Assembly: GCA_963739455.1 (NCBI GenBank) | Contig: CAVUAK010000001.1 | Location: 1,760,001 to 1,824,000 of the forward strand | Origin: an uncultured Gemmatimonadales bacterium | GTDB lineage: Bacteria > Gemmatimonadota > Gemmatimonadetes > Gemmatimonadales > GWC2-71-9 | Direction: 5' to 3' | DNA length: 64,000 nucleotides | Shown: positions 31,956-42,121 of the stretch, in pieces | Numbering within the stretch: position 1 is the stretch's first letter | Layout: each line of letters opens with the position of its first letter | Made by a program: the position numbers and the translations under genes | Notes under the pieces: generated by a model | Databases searched by the model: none | What the model was told of the DNA's origin: nothing | What the model saw: the letters and a program-made list of their open reading frames with translations, nothing else

Positions 31956-33059
31956 CTACCAGCGCCAGAACCGGTCGGCGCGCAACGCGCCCATTTCGTC
32001 ACGCGGATCGTCACCGTCGAGCAGTTCGCGAATGATGACGCCGGTGATTCCCGCGAGCAGGATGCCGTTCCGCCCATGGCCGGTGGCGTACCACAGCCCC
32101 TTGAGGCGCGGCTCCGGGCCCACGATCGGCCGCCCATCCGGCGACACCGGACGGAGGCCGGCCCAGGTGCGGCGGAGCGTGAGCGACGCCAGCTGCGGAT
32201 ACATCGCGGTGACCGCTGCACGGATCCGCTCGATCCCTTCCTTCGTCGTCGAATGATCGAACCCAGCGTACTCCATCGTCGACCCGATGAGCGCCTCGCC
32301 ATCGCGATACACGAGGTAACAATCGCGGTTGTACATGATCGTCGGCGGTACGCCCAGCGGCCACGGTAAAGCCGCCATCTGGCCCCGCACCGGTTCCACC
32401 GAGAGCGGGCGCGGCATTCCCGCGATCGCGCCCGACCACGCCCCGGCGGCGATGACCACTTCGGGGGCGACGTAAAACTCGCGGCCACGGACGCCCGTCA
32501 CCTGGCCATCCAGCTGCTCGAGAGAAACAACCTGGTCGTGAACCACCACCGCGTCGTGCGCCTTCGCGTCGGCCATCAGTGCCTCAACCAGCCGCACCGG
32601 ATCGAGCGCACCTTCTCGCGGCGCCCACAGCGCGCCGTGACTTGCCCCGAGCCAGGGCCACTGCGCCTTCACCTCAGCGGCGTCGAGCCAGTCGCAGTGG
32701 TGACCCTGCTGCCGCTGCAGGGATACGGACAGGCGGAGGTCGGCGGCCGATGATTCATTGAGGGCGAGGTGGGCGATGCCGCTCTGCCAGAGACCGATGT
32801 CGATACCGGTCGAGGACAACAACTCCGCGGCGAGGAGGCCGTAGCGCTCGCGGCCAGCCAGCTTGAGGTCGAACAGCGGATCTTCGGGAACCGCCTCGAT
32901 CTGGGGTGCGAGCATGCCTGCGGCCGCACGCCACGCCTCGCCGTCGGGGGTGCCCCGGTCCAGAATCAGCACCCGTCGGCCGGTCAGGGCCAGTTCGCGA
33001 GCGCACGCCGCCCCAATGGCGCCGCCGCCGACTACGATAACATCAAATATGGCAGTCAC
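31956..33059 (-). CDS. thiO: Glycine oxidase (ThiO-like FAD oxidase)
   Basis: GGGAIG, AAAGMLAP, PVRGQ, WAGLRP, GHGRNGILLA. Confidence 0.85.
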   Translation of the reverse strand: MTAIFDVIVVGGGAIGAACARELALTGRRVLILDRGTPDGEAWRAAAGMLAPQIEAVPEDPLFDLKLAGRERYGLLAAELLSSTGIDIGLWQSGIAHLALNESSAADLRLSVSLQRQQGHHCDWLDAAEVKAQWPWLGASHGALWAPREGALDPVRLVEALMADAKAHDAVVVHDQVVSLEQLDGQVTGVRGREFYVAPEVVIAAGAWSGAIAGMPRPLSVEPVRGQMAALPWPLGVPPTIMYNRDCYLVYRDGEALIGSTMEYAGFDHSTTKEGIERIRAAVTAMYPQLASLTLRRTWAGLRPVSPDGRPIVGPEPRLKGLWYATGHGRNGILLAGITGVIIRELLDGDDPRDEMGALRADRFWRW

Positions 33060-33071
33060 TTATATTCAGAC

Positions 33072-33096
33072 GAAACTATTTGAAACGTTGGACGTA
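33072..33096 (+). promoter_or_regulatory. ECF-type promoter motif GAAAC-N16-CGTA
   Basis: gaaac tatttgaaacgttgga cgta, 40 bp before ATG 33136. Confidence 0.45.
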
Positions 33097-33135
33097 AGGC
33101 ACGACACCAACGCGACATCCACGGAGGAAAATAGC

Positions 33136-33348
33136 ATGGTCCGGTCACTCTTTGGCTTCTCGATCTTTGCGATCGTTGCCATCATTGCGTCGAAGCTGTT
33201 GTTCGGGCTTCTCGGTGTGGCCATCGGGCTCGCCGGGAAGTTGCTCTGGCTCGCCTTCCTCGGCTGGCTCTTCTACCTGGTGCTGAAGCTCTTCGCGCCG
33301 GAGACGGCGTCGAAGGTCCGGGAGACGATCACCGGGAAGCCAGCGTAA
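33136..33348 (+). CDS. Small membrane protein (70 aa)
   Basis: GGAGG RBS; MVRSLFGFSIFAIVAII...WLFYLVLKLF hydrophobic. Confidence 0.75.
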   Translation: MVRSLFGFSIFAIVAIIASKLLFGLLGVAIGLAGKLLWLAFLGWLFYLVLKLFAPETASKVRETITGKPA

Positions 33349-33354
33349 CCAAAC

Positions 33355-33420
33355 GGGAACAGGGAACAGGGAACAGGACATCGTTCCCTGTTCTCTCACG
33401 TCTTCACGTCGTCACGTCTC
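33355..33420. repeat. GGGAACA heptamer array with inverted copy, followed by TCACGTC octamer array
   Basis: gggaaca gggaaca gggaaca ... gttccctgttc ; tcacgtct tcacgtcg tcacgtct. Confidence 0.75.
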
Positions 33421-33425
33421 GCGCG

Positions 33426-33881
33426 TCAGCGCGATTGCGCCGTCTGCAGCGCGGTGATCGCCCAGCCGTGCCCCGCCCGCTTCGGGACCAGGACCATCAG
33501 TCCGCGTCCCAGTCGCACCTGCGTCTTGTCCTCGGAAAACCAGCGATAGTCGAAGGTCGCCCACGCGACATCCTGCCGTACGTTCACCTCACTCGCGGTG
33601 ACCGCCGACAGGCCACCCGTCTCGACACCTGCCAGTCTCGGGTTGGTGAACCGGGCGGCACCATTCGCAACAACTGAAGCGGACGGCGCAAACAAGGTAT
33701 CAGTCGAGCGGCCACGAGCGTCACCCACCACGACTGCCTCGATAATCAGCGATACATCGTTTTCGGAGTCGGGATTGGCCAGCTGCTTGCTCGGCGCTGG
33801 CACTGGCGGCGCGCTGGGCCCGCAGGCCGCCAGCGTCGCCGCCAGGAAGGCGGCACTCGACAAGCCCCGGAGCCGCCGCAT
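33426..33881 (-). CDS. Hypothetical lipoprotein (possible NTF2/SnoaL-like fold)
   Basis: Lipobox LAAC; DVAWATFDY...GWAITALQ. Confidence 0.65.
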   Translation of the reverse strand: MRRLRGLSSAAFLAATLAACGPSAPPVPAPSKQLANPDSENDVSLIIEAVVVGDARGRSTDTLFAPSASVVANGAARFTNPRLAGVETGGLSAVTASEVNVRQDVAWATFDYRWFSEDKTQVRLGRGLMVLVPKRAGHGWAITALQTAQSR

Positions 33882-34657
33882 CAGGAGACCAGTTCGACCT
33901 CGCGCTCCACGGTGGCCGGACCCTCGACCGGGGGGAGGAAGTGCAGCGAGCCACGCGAGCGCCAGAGCGCCCGGGCCGTGTCCCAGGGACGGAGCCGGCT
34001 CGGCCGGTGCCTGAGGTCGTGGCGCTCGACCGTCGCCACCGTCTCGATGCGGCGCGCATGACGCGCCGCCAGCCCGATGAGCTCGGCGTTCGCCGCCCAG
34101 CCGTCCGTGCGCAGCAGGGGCTCCGGTGCGGTGCGAAGGGCGTTGCGGAGGGTGATGAGCCGGAAGGCAACGAAGCCCGACACGATGTCGCTGACGCCCG
34201 GCACACCGACGCGACTCCGCAGCAGGACTGGCGCCCAGCGTCGCAGCATGCGGAGGCCGCGGGACGGCTCGCCGACGGCGCCGCCCTCGCCAACCACCAG
34301 GTCGGCCCCGCCATCGATGTGGCGCACCAGGTCGGGGATGAAATGGGGCCCATGGGCAAAGTCGGCGTGCATCATGATGGCGCAGTCGCGCTTGGGGCGG
34401 TCGGTGCGCTCCACTGCCAGGCGCAGCAGGCTTTCCACCGTGCGCGCATAGCCCCTGCGCTCCTCTGAGCGGATGACCGTGAGCGGAAGCGCGCGGGTGT
34501 AGGGCTGGAGGATCTCACTGGTGGCATCGGTGGATCCGTCGTCGCCCACCAGGAGCTGGTACTCGCGCTCGAACGCGCTGAACACCTGCCGGACCTTCCA
34601 GAGAAGAAGCCCCACGGTCGGGGCCTCGTTGTGGCTCGGTATACAGACGTAGATCAT
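33881..34657 (-). CDS. Glycosyltransferase family 2
   Basis: IPSHNEA, DDGSTDAT, DIVSGF. Confidence 0.88.
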   Translation of the reverse strand: MIYVCIPSHNEAPTVGLLLWKVRQVFSAFEREYQLLVGDDGSTDATSEILQPYTRALPLTVIRSEERRGYARTVESLLRLAVERTDRPKRDCAIMMHADFAHGPHFIPDLVRHIDGGADLVVGEGGAVGEPSRGLRMLRRWAPVLLRSRVGVPGVSDIVSGFVAFRLITLRNALRTAPEPLLRTDGWAANAELIGLAARHARRIETVATVERHDLRHRPSRLRPWDTARALWRSRGSLHFLPPVEGPATVEREVELVS

Positions 34658-35723
34658 GCGGAAACCGGGTTGATGAGAGCCGAACGATATACGCCGATCG
34701 TGCGCTCTGCCATCCCGCCAACATCGTAGCCCTGGACTACCCGCCGTCCCGCCTCCGCCATGGCCGCGGCGGCCGCGGGGTCGCGCAGGACACGCTCGAT
34801 CTCGCGCGCCAGGGCCGCAGCGTCGCCGTTGGGCACCAGCGCCCCGCTCCCCGAGGCCAGCAGCTCAGGCACGCCGCCAACGGCCGTGGCCACGATGGGG
34901 CGGCCGATGGCCATCGCGTCGAGCAGGGTCGACCCGAGGCCTTCGCTCGTGGCGGCAGACGCGACCAGCGTGGCCTCCGCGATGAGCTCGTCCACGTAGT
35001 CGATGTGGCCGAGGAAGGCGACGCGCCGTCCCAGTCCGGCCTCCTCGGCGTGCCGCACGAGCCGGGCGTGTTGCGGTCCGTCCCCCGCCAGGGCCCAGCG
35101 AACCTCTGGCATCCGGGACGCCAGCAGTGCGGCCGCCTCGATGAGGGTGTGATGGCCTTTTTCCGGCGTGAGTGCGGCGATGCACGCCACCAGCGGGGCA
35201 TCGGCCGGCCACCCACGCGCCGCCCGCACGTTCGACGGGATCGCCGCCGCGAGTCTCGCGGACTGGAATGCCGTCGGGAATGACCGAGATGCGGTCGCGC
35301 CTCACACCGCCGCGAACCAGCGCCGCCTCTACCGCACCTGAAATGGCGATCACGCGCGACACATTCGTCCAGGTGCCGCCTGCGCGCACCGGGAACACGA
35401 CGCGCCGCGTCGCGACTACAGGATTGGCGCCGCTCCAAAGTGCCAGCCGGAGCGCATGGCCGTCGTGGGCGTGTACCAGTGCCGGACTGGCCCGCCTTTC
35501 GCATATAATGCCATAGAGCGCCCGTGGATCGAGGCCCAGGTCCCAGTCCACCTCGATCACTCGCACACCAGCCACGCTTGACGCGGCGCGCAAGCTCGGA
35601 TCCGCGGCAAGTCAGCAGTGACTGCTCCAGCGGGTGCGCGGCCAGCGCCCGGGCCAGGAACCAGACCTGTCGCTCGCCGCCGCGCCACTCGCGGCCCGAC
35701 GCCACGTGCAGCACCCGAATCAC
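34654..35723 (-). CDS. Glycosyltransferase family 4 (frameshifted)
   Basis: WRGGERQV, EKGH, EGLGSTLLDAMA.G.PIVATAVGGVPE. Confidence 0.9.
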
Positions 35724-35752
35724 GAGTTTCGCCTGTAGTGATGGGGGAACCG

Positions 35753-36471
35753 ATGATACGAGCGGATACCAGGAGTCGCCTCGGCTCCACGATCTCCACC
35801 TCATGCTCCTGCTGCTCAGTCGCGGGTCGGCGGTTCGCCGGCGCGCCCTCGAGCGTCGCCTGGAGCGTGAGGGCCCCGACGTCCTGCTCGACCATCCCGA
35901 ATTGCCCGAGCGCCTTCTCGCGGTGCGGACGCTGCTCGTGCCGTCCGACCACCTCTTTTTCTACGTGATGGTACGGCACACCCTGCGGCGGAATGGCGTC
36001 GATGATCGTGACCTCTCCGACTACCTGTCGGCGGTCCTCATGACGTTCGGTCACCGGGACCGCGCGTGGCGCATCGACTGGCACGATGATCAGCGGCATC
36101 ATTATCTCGTGGACATCCTGCAGGACCTCGAGGCCACCAGTGGCGAGCGCCGGTTCCGGGTACTGGTGCACCTCGGCAACTACGCGCTCTGGCTGGCCGG
36201 GCTCTTTCCCGACTACATCGCGGCACGACAGCTCCGGAAGGGCGGGCCCGCCGTCAGCTACTACGAATCCCTCGGCAGTCGCGGCTATGCGCTGGCGTCC
36301 GATCATGCGCTGGCCGAGTCGTCGGGCCTCGAGCCGATCCTGCGCCTCGCGGCCGGGCGATTCCCGGCGGTGCGAAGTGCGCTCAATGCGGTGAGCGACC
36401 AGGTGTTCTTCCCGGTTGGCGTGAGCGCCCTGCGGCTCGAGCGCCAGTTCGGCGGCAACCTGCTTCAGTAG
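35753..36471 (+). CDS. Hypothetical protein (frameshift near 35790)
   Basis: MIRADTRSRL... joined to HLGNYALWLAGLFPDYI...YYESLGSRGY. Confidence 0.7.
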
Positions 36472-37188
36472 GCCGGCACCACTGCCTCGGTGAGCGCGCG
36501 AAACAGGCCGCGCTCCGGGGCCGCGGCATCAGCGAACATCTCTTCCGGGTGCCACTGTACGGCGAGCAGCCACGGCTCGCCGCTCGCACTTTCGACCGCT
36601 TCGACCAGGCCGTCGTCCGCCCAGGCGCTCGCCCGGAGCGGCGGCGCGAGGTCGCGAATTCCCTGATGGTGAAACGAATTCACGTCCATCGTCGTGCGCC
36701 CGAGTACAGCCTCGGCGCGACTTCCTGCCTCGATGGTGACGCCGTGGGTCCGCACGCTCCGGGCGTCCCGACGGTCATGCTCGAGTGGACGATGGCCGCT
36801 CGCCGGGGAGGTGCTGCCAGAGCGTTCCGCCGAGTGCCACGTTGATGAGCTGGATGCCGCGGCAGATGCCGAGGATGGGCATGCCTCGCTGGCGCGCCGC
36901 GGCGAACAGTGCCAGCTCGAAGAGGTCGCGCTCCCGGTCCACGTCGCCAAGGGCAGGTGACGCCGCTGCCCCGTACCAGGCGGGGTCCAGGTCCTCGCCA
37001 CCGGTGAGGAGCAATGCATCAATGCCCTCGAGCGCGCCCATGGCCCGCGCGGCACCGATCGCGGGCGGCAGGATGAGCGGGATGGCGCCCGTCTCCAGTA
37101 TGGAAAGCACGTACGCCGAGTTGACACCCTGTCGCTCGGCGCCTGCCCACTGGCGACGAATGCCGCTCACGCCGATCCGCACGCTCAC
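36465..37188 (-). CDS. Peptidase C26 / gamma-glutamyl-GABA hydrolase (PuuD-like), frameshifted
   Basis: LLTGGED, GICRGIQLINVALGG, VNSFHHQ, VQWHPE triad motifs. Confidence 0.9.
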
Positions 37189-37671
37189 TTCGCGATCGAG
37201 TCCGGGAAGAGGGGGCACCGGGCATCCTGGATACCTGCCATATCCACCTCGACGCCGAAGAGCGGAATGCTCTTGCCGCCCACGGAAACGAGGCCGAGTC
37301 GGGGCGCTGCTTCGATCGGTATTCCCTCGAAGAGCACCACGCCCTGCGGCGCGCCACCGCGCTGCACCACCAGCACGCCGAACGCCGGTGCCGACTTCGC
37401 CGGCAGGGCACCCTCCACGCCGACGACCAGGCCCGAATCCGAGCGGCCCGACAAGGGCCGGGCAGCGCCGGCCCGGCGGCGAGCCGCGCGACGACCCGCT
37501 CCGGAAGACGCGTCGGCGGCACGGACAGGGTCTGCTGCGGCACCGTGAACGCCGCGAGCACAGCGTTCGGCGCCGGCGAGCGCCGCGATGCCGCAGGCAG
37601 GATTGCCGCGGACATCACCTCGTCCGGTGCAGGCCGAGAGCAGGAGTGTTGCCATCAGGATGCGGGCGCAT
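37185..37671 (-). CDS. Hypothetical lipoprotein (frameshifted)
   Basis: GGAGG RBS, lipobox LSAC, ACGIAALAG ... CPLFPDS. Confidence 0.6.
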
Positions 37672-37696
37672 GTCGTGGGTCCTCCCGGGAACGCCG

Positions 37697-38359
37697 CTAG
37701 ATGGTGAGGACGAGCAGGATGGCGAACAGGTTGTTCTTCGGATCCAGCGGAGAATCGATGAAGCTGGTGATGGCCTTCATGTAGCGCGCCTCGAGACCGA
37801 GGCTCACGCCCTTGCAGGTTCCACTGGATGCCGCCGCCCACGAGCCAGCTCCACTCCACCCCGCGAAAGGTCTCGTCACAACCGGTGAGCGCGAGGGAGT
37901 CGACGGCATTCGTGGTGGTGACGTTGCAGCCGAGCTCGAAGCCCGGCGCCCGCCCCGGCGAACACGACTGGCCGGACGCCCCGGCCGCGGCCGTTCAGGC
38001 TCGGCGCGAACCGCACCAGCAGGGGAATCTGCAGGTATCCAAACTCGAAGGTGCTGCTCGAGCCTGCTGGCGCGCCGGCGACCGGGAAGGTGCCGCCCTT
38101 GATCGTCAGGTCGATCTCGGGCTGCAGCGAGATCCACTTGAACACCCGTGGTGCGCAGGAAGAGTCCGACCGACGCGCCCTGCCGGTCCTCGGACAGGGC
38201 ATTGAGGCTGTCGCTGGTGGTCGAGATCCAGCTGCGGGCGTAGCCGACCTGGCCCCCGACGACGGTCCGGTCCCGCTGCGCCGCCGCACCGGCGGGGGCG
38301 GCGATCAGCAGGACGAGGAGCATGAGGCGGGTACATGAGTGGGGCCGCGGGATTCGCAT
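37697..38359 (-). CDS. Outer-membrane beta-barrel protein (frameshifted)
   Basis: Signal peptide; ISLQPEIDLTIKGG, YLQIPLLVRF, LEARY strands in different frames. Confidence 0.7.
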   Translation of the reverse strand: MRIPRPHSCTRLMLLVLLIAAPAGAAAQRDRTVVGGQVGYARSWISTTSDSLNALSEDRQGASVGLFLRTTGVQVDLAAARDRPDDQGRHLPGRRRASRLEQHLRVWIPADSPAGAVRAEPERPRPGRPASRVRRGGRRASSSAATSPPRMPSTPSRSPVVTRPFAGWSGAGSWAAASSGTCKGVSLGLEARYMKAITSFIDSPLDPKNNLFAILLVLTI

Positions 38360-38406
38360 CGCCTGCAAGATACGACGGCCGCCGGGCCATGGCAGCGCCT
38401 GGTCGC

Positions 38407-38436
38407 TTGACGCGCCGAAGTCCCGCGGCATAGTGT
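38407..38436 (+). promoter_or_regulatory. Sigma70-type promoter
   Basis: TTGACG-18-TAGTGT upstream of AGGAG RBS and ATG 38475. Confidence 0.5.
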
Positions 38437-38474
38437 TCCGCGTTCCGCACGTCCGGGGCGCCACAGGAGCCAGC

Positions 38475-39033
38475 ATGTTCGAAGGACTCAAGGTCACGCA
38501 TGGAGCGATTTTTCGCCGATGCTACGCCACCCGCCGATCGCCGGGCCCAGGCGGGCGCGCTGCGCTCGGCCATCATCGAGGCCAAGGTTGCGGTGAGCAC
38601 GATGCGCGACGCCCTGGCCGCGAGCGAGCTCCAGCTGGATGTGGAGCGACGCCAGGCGGCTGATGCAGAGCGTCGCGGCAAGCTGGCGGGCGAGATCGGG
38701 GACGCGGAGACGGTGGCCGTGGCCGAGAAGTTCGCTGCCCGTCATCGCGAGCGACTGGCGATGGTCGAGCGGCGGATCGCCGTGCAGCGCGAGGAGCTGA
38801 TGCTCGCCGAACGGGAATTGGCCGAGATGACGGGCTCGCTGCGTGACGCGCCGTCCGATGCCGCCGGCGACAGCGTACGCGATGCGTGGCGCGATCTCGA
38901 GACCGCGGGCGGCGTGAACCCGGACACCGACGTGAAGGACGAACTGCTCCAGCTGGAGATGGACCAGGCTCGCCGCAAGGCCGCGGTGGATGAGCAGCTC
39001 GCCTTCCTCAAGAAGAAGATGGGGAAGGAATGA
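38475..39033 (+). CDS. Coiled-coil protein, PspA/IM30-like (frameshift near start)
   Basis: ERRGKLAGEIGDAETVAVA, C-terminal AVDEQLAFLKKKMG. Confidence 0.6.
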
Positions 39034-40063
39034 AGGGCACCACTTCCCGGTTCCCTGTTCCCTGTTCCCGCTGTTCGTACCCGCACTCCTCGTCGCGCAG
39101 CAGCCCGTCGTCGCTCCACCGCACTTCGCCAAGCTCGCCCACACCTACAGTATCGTCGCCTGGGATTCCGTCACCGGAGACCTCGGTGTTGCCGTCGAGT
39201 CCAAGTTTCCCAACGTTGGCGGCATCGTGCCGTGGGCCCAGGCCGGCGTCGGCGCGGTCGCGACCCAGAGCCTGAGCAATACCGCGTTCGGTGAGCGCGG
39301 CCTCGAGCTCATCGCCATGGGTGCGAGCGCCGAGGAGGCGATGCGCATCGTGATGCGGTCGGATACGATGCTGCAGGACCGGCAGGTGGGAATGGTCGAC
39401 GCACGGGGTGGCGCCGCGAGCTTTACTGGCACCAGGACGTTCGACTGGGCCGGCGGTCGCGTGGGCAAGCCGGGCACGCCAGGTGGGACGCTGGGCGGAA
39501 AGGGCGTGGTGATCGTTGGCCACGGCTACGCCGCGCAGGCCAACATCATGGTGTCCGACCAGACGGTGAAGAACCTGGCTGAGACGTTCGAGCGAACGCA
39601 GGGCGATCTCAGCACTCGGCTGATGGCGGCGCTCAAGGCGGGACAGGCCGGCGGTGGTGACAAGCGCGGCATGCAGTCGGCAGCGCTGCTGGTGGTGCGC
39701 AAGAACGGCGGCTATCTCGGGGCCAACGACCGGTTCATCGATATCCGCGTCTACGACGCCGCCGATCCGATCGCCGAGCTCGAACGACTCCTCGCGTTGC
39801 ACGTGCTCTTCTTCTTCCCCAGTCAGCCATCCGACCTGGTGGTCATCACCCCGGCCATTGTCGCACAGCTCGAGCCTATCCTTCTGCGCGAGCCAGTGAA
39901 CCAGCCGGAGAAATGGCTCGCGAAGCCGCAAGGTTCCGCCAACCAGGCGTTCCTCGAGGCCCTGCGCAATTTCATGTACTGGGAGAACTATGACGTCCGC
40001 GTCCGGATGGACGGCAAGATCGACCAGGTCGTGCTCGCCGACATCATGTCGAAGCATCCGTAG
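39030..40063 (+). CDS. DUF1028 domain protein (Ntn-hydrolase-like), exported
   Basis: TYSIVAWD...GVAVES, AVATQS, AGGGDKRGMQSAALLVV. Confidence 0.88.
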
Positions 40064-40096
40064 CCCGCTCCGGCCTACCGCTTACCCAAGGCTCCC

Positions 40097-41476
40097 GTGA
40101 CTGCCGCAACCTTGCCTGACGCCTTTCCTACGAAACAGCCGCGCGGCCTTCCGCTCCTGTTCCTGGCCGAGATGTGGGAGCGCTTTTCCTACTACGGGAT
40201 GCGGGCGCTGCTGATCCTGTACCTCATCGACACCACCACAGGTGGATTCGGGTGGACGCAGGAGAGGGCCAGCCGCTTCTACGGGTGGTATACCGGCCTC
40301 GTGTACCTCACGCCGATCCTGGGCGGCTGGCTTGCCGATCGCTATCTCGGCACGGCCAAGTCGCTCATCATCGGCGGCATCATCATCTCGCTCGGCCACT
40401 TCACCATGGCGGCCGATTCCCACTTCACCTTCTTCGCCGGGATCGTGCTCATCATCATCGGCACCGGCTTCTTCAAGGCGAACGTGTCGACCATGGTGGG
40501 CCAGCTCTACGGCGACAACGATCCCCGCCGTGACGCCGGGTTCACGATCTACTACATCGGCATCAATACCGGTGCCTTCTTCGGGCCGCTCATCTGCGGC
40601 TGGCTCGCCGCCAATCCGCGGTTCGGCTGGTCCTACGGGTTTGGCGCTGCCGGCGTGGGCATGGCGCTCGGCCTCATCTGCTTCCTGCTGCTGCGCAAGA
40701 AGTATCTGGGCGACATCGGCATGACGCCGATGGGGCAAACGCGGATGGCCGACGGTGGCAAGGCATCGGCCGAGCCGCTCACGAAGGAGGAGAAGGATCG
40801 GGTCGTCGCGATCGTCATCGTGGTGATCTTCGTGGCGTTCTTCTGGCTGGCCTTCGAGCAGGCGGGTTCGTCGCTCAACGTGTTCGCGCAGCAGAAGACG
40901 CAGCGGGCGGTGGGGGGCTGGCTCGGCAGCATCGTGCCGAACGGTGAGATCCCCGCCGCGTGGTTCCAGTCGGTCGGGCCCTTCTTCATCCTCACGCTGG
41001 CGCCGGTGTTCGCGATGCTGTGGAACCGGCTGGGTACGCGGCAGCCGAGTACGCCGCTGAAGATGACCTGGGGCCTCTTCTTCCTTGGGCTGGGCTTCGT
41101 CATCATCGCGGCCGGCGCCTGGCTGGCCGGCGCCAATGGCCTCGCGAGCCCGTTCTACCTCATCGCGCTCTACTTCGTGCATACCTGTGGCGAACTGCTC
41201 GTGTCGCCGGTCGGCCTCTCCTTCGTGACGAAGGTGGCGCCGGTCAAGATCGCGTCGATGATGATGGGCGTCTGGTTCCTCTCCAACTTCTCGGCGAACC
41301 TGGTTGGTGGCTACATCGCGGGAACGGTCCAGAAGGTGGCGCGCGGTGAGGTGTTCACACTGCTCGGTGGCCAGGCGGACTTCTTCCTGATCTTCGTGAT
41401 CACCTCCTTCGCAGCCTGCGGATTGCTGATTGTCCTCACGCCGACCTTGAAGCGGTTGATTCACGGCAAGGGGTGA
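40097..41476 (+). CDS. POT/PTR proton-dependent oligopeptide transporter
   Basis: EMWERFSYYG, GGWLADRYLG, GTGFFKAN, GELLVSPVG. Confidence 0.95.
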   Translation: MTAATLPDAFPTKQPRGLPLLFLAEMWERFSYYGMRALLILYLIDTTTGGFGWTQERASRFYGWYTGLVYLTPILGGWLADRYLGTAKSLIIGGIIISLGHFTMAADSHFTFFAGIVLIIIGTGFFKANVSTMVGQLYGDNDPRRDAGFTIYYIGINTGAFFGPLICGWLAANPRFGWSYGFGAAGVGMALGLICFLLLRKKYLGDIGMTPMGQTRMADGGKASAEPLTKEEKDRVVAIVIVVIFVAFFWLAFEQAGSSLNVFAQQKTQRAVGGWLGSIVPNGEIPAAWFQSVGPFFILTLAPVFAMLWNRLGTRQPSTPLKMTWGLFFLGLGFVIIAAGAWLAGANGLASPFYLIALYFVHTCGELLVSPVGLSFVTKVAPVKIASMMMGVWFLSNFSANLVGGYIAGTVQKVARGEVFTLLGGQADFFLIFVITSFAACGLLIVLTPTLKRLIHGKG

Positions 41477-42045
41477 CGGCGCCTCGCCTGGTGACGCCGC
41501 GCCTTGGCGCGATTGCCACAGGTGTCCATGTCACACCAGCGCCGGGAGCTGTTCTTCGTGTGGTCGAGGTAGAGCCGGCCGCAGCGCTCGGCGGCGCATT
41601 CGCGGAGCCGGGCCACGTCGGGTGACGACAGCAGGTGCAGGGCAGAGCGGAGGATGGGACGCAGCAGGTCGGGAGAGGGGCCGGCAGGTATCGTGAACGC
41701 GATGCCGTCGGCCCTTGGTGCGAGCAGGAAGGTCGGCGAGTCGCCGATCGCGGCATTGATGTACGAAATGGAGGCCTCGGGAGGCGCTTCCCGACGAGCC
41801 GCCGCTCGAAGGCAGTCGTGAAGTGCTCGCCGGAGCGACCAGGCCCGACCCAGCGCCCGGCGCCGCGCGTCCGCGTCCGCTGCGGCTTCTTCCCTCAGCC
41901 GCTCGGCGGCGCTCTCAGCCAAGGCTCCCCGTTCAACCGCCCAATCCAGCAGGAAGCCGTAGCCCCTGATCTGGTCGTCCCGGACCATCTCCGGCCCGTC
42001 CCACGTGACTGTATTGACGTAATCGAGGCAGAGAAGTTCAGTCAT
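41461..42045 (-). CDS. ABATE / CGNR zinc-finger domain protein
   Basis: LDYVNT; ECAAERCGRLYLDHTKNSSRRWCDMDTCGNRAK. Confidence 0.93.
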   Translation of the reverse strand: MTELLCLDYVNTVTWDGPEMVRDDQIRGYGFLLDWAVERGALAESAAERLREEAAADADARRRALGRAWSLRRALHDCLRAAARREAPPEASISYINAAIGDSPTFLLAPRADGIAFTIPAGPSPDLLRPILRSALHLLSSPDVARLRECAAERCGRLYLDHTKNSSRRWCDMDTCGNRAKARRHQARRRHPLP

Positions 42046-42046
42046 C

Positions 42047-42121
42047 TAACCTTCAAATATATGTTTGAAGGTTAATTATCTACGCTACAACTTTAACCGT
42101 CAATGGCAGTTTTGAAGGTTA
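42047..42121 (-). promoter_or_regulatory. Sigma70 promoter flanked by two 28-bp palindromic operator-like sites
   Basis: TAACCTTCAA-N8-TTGAAGGTTA (42047-42074) and TAACCGTCAA-N8-TTGAAGGTTA (42094-42121); minus-strand TTGACG-17-GATAAT. Confidence 0.8.
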
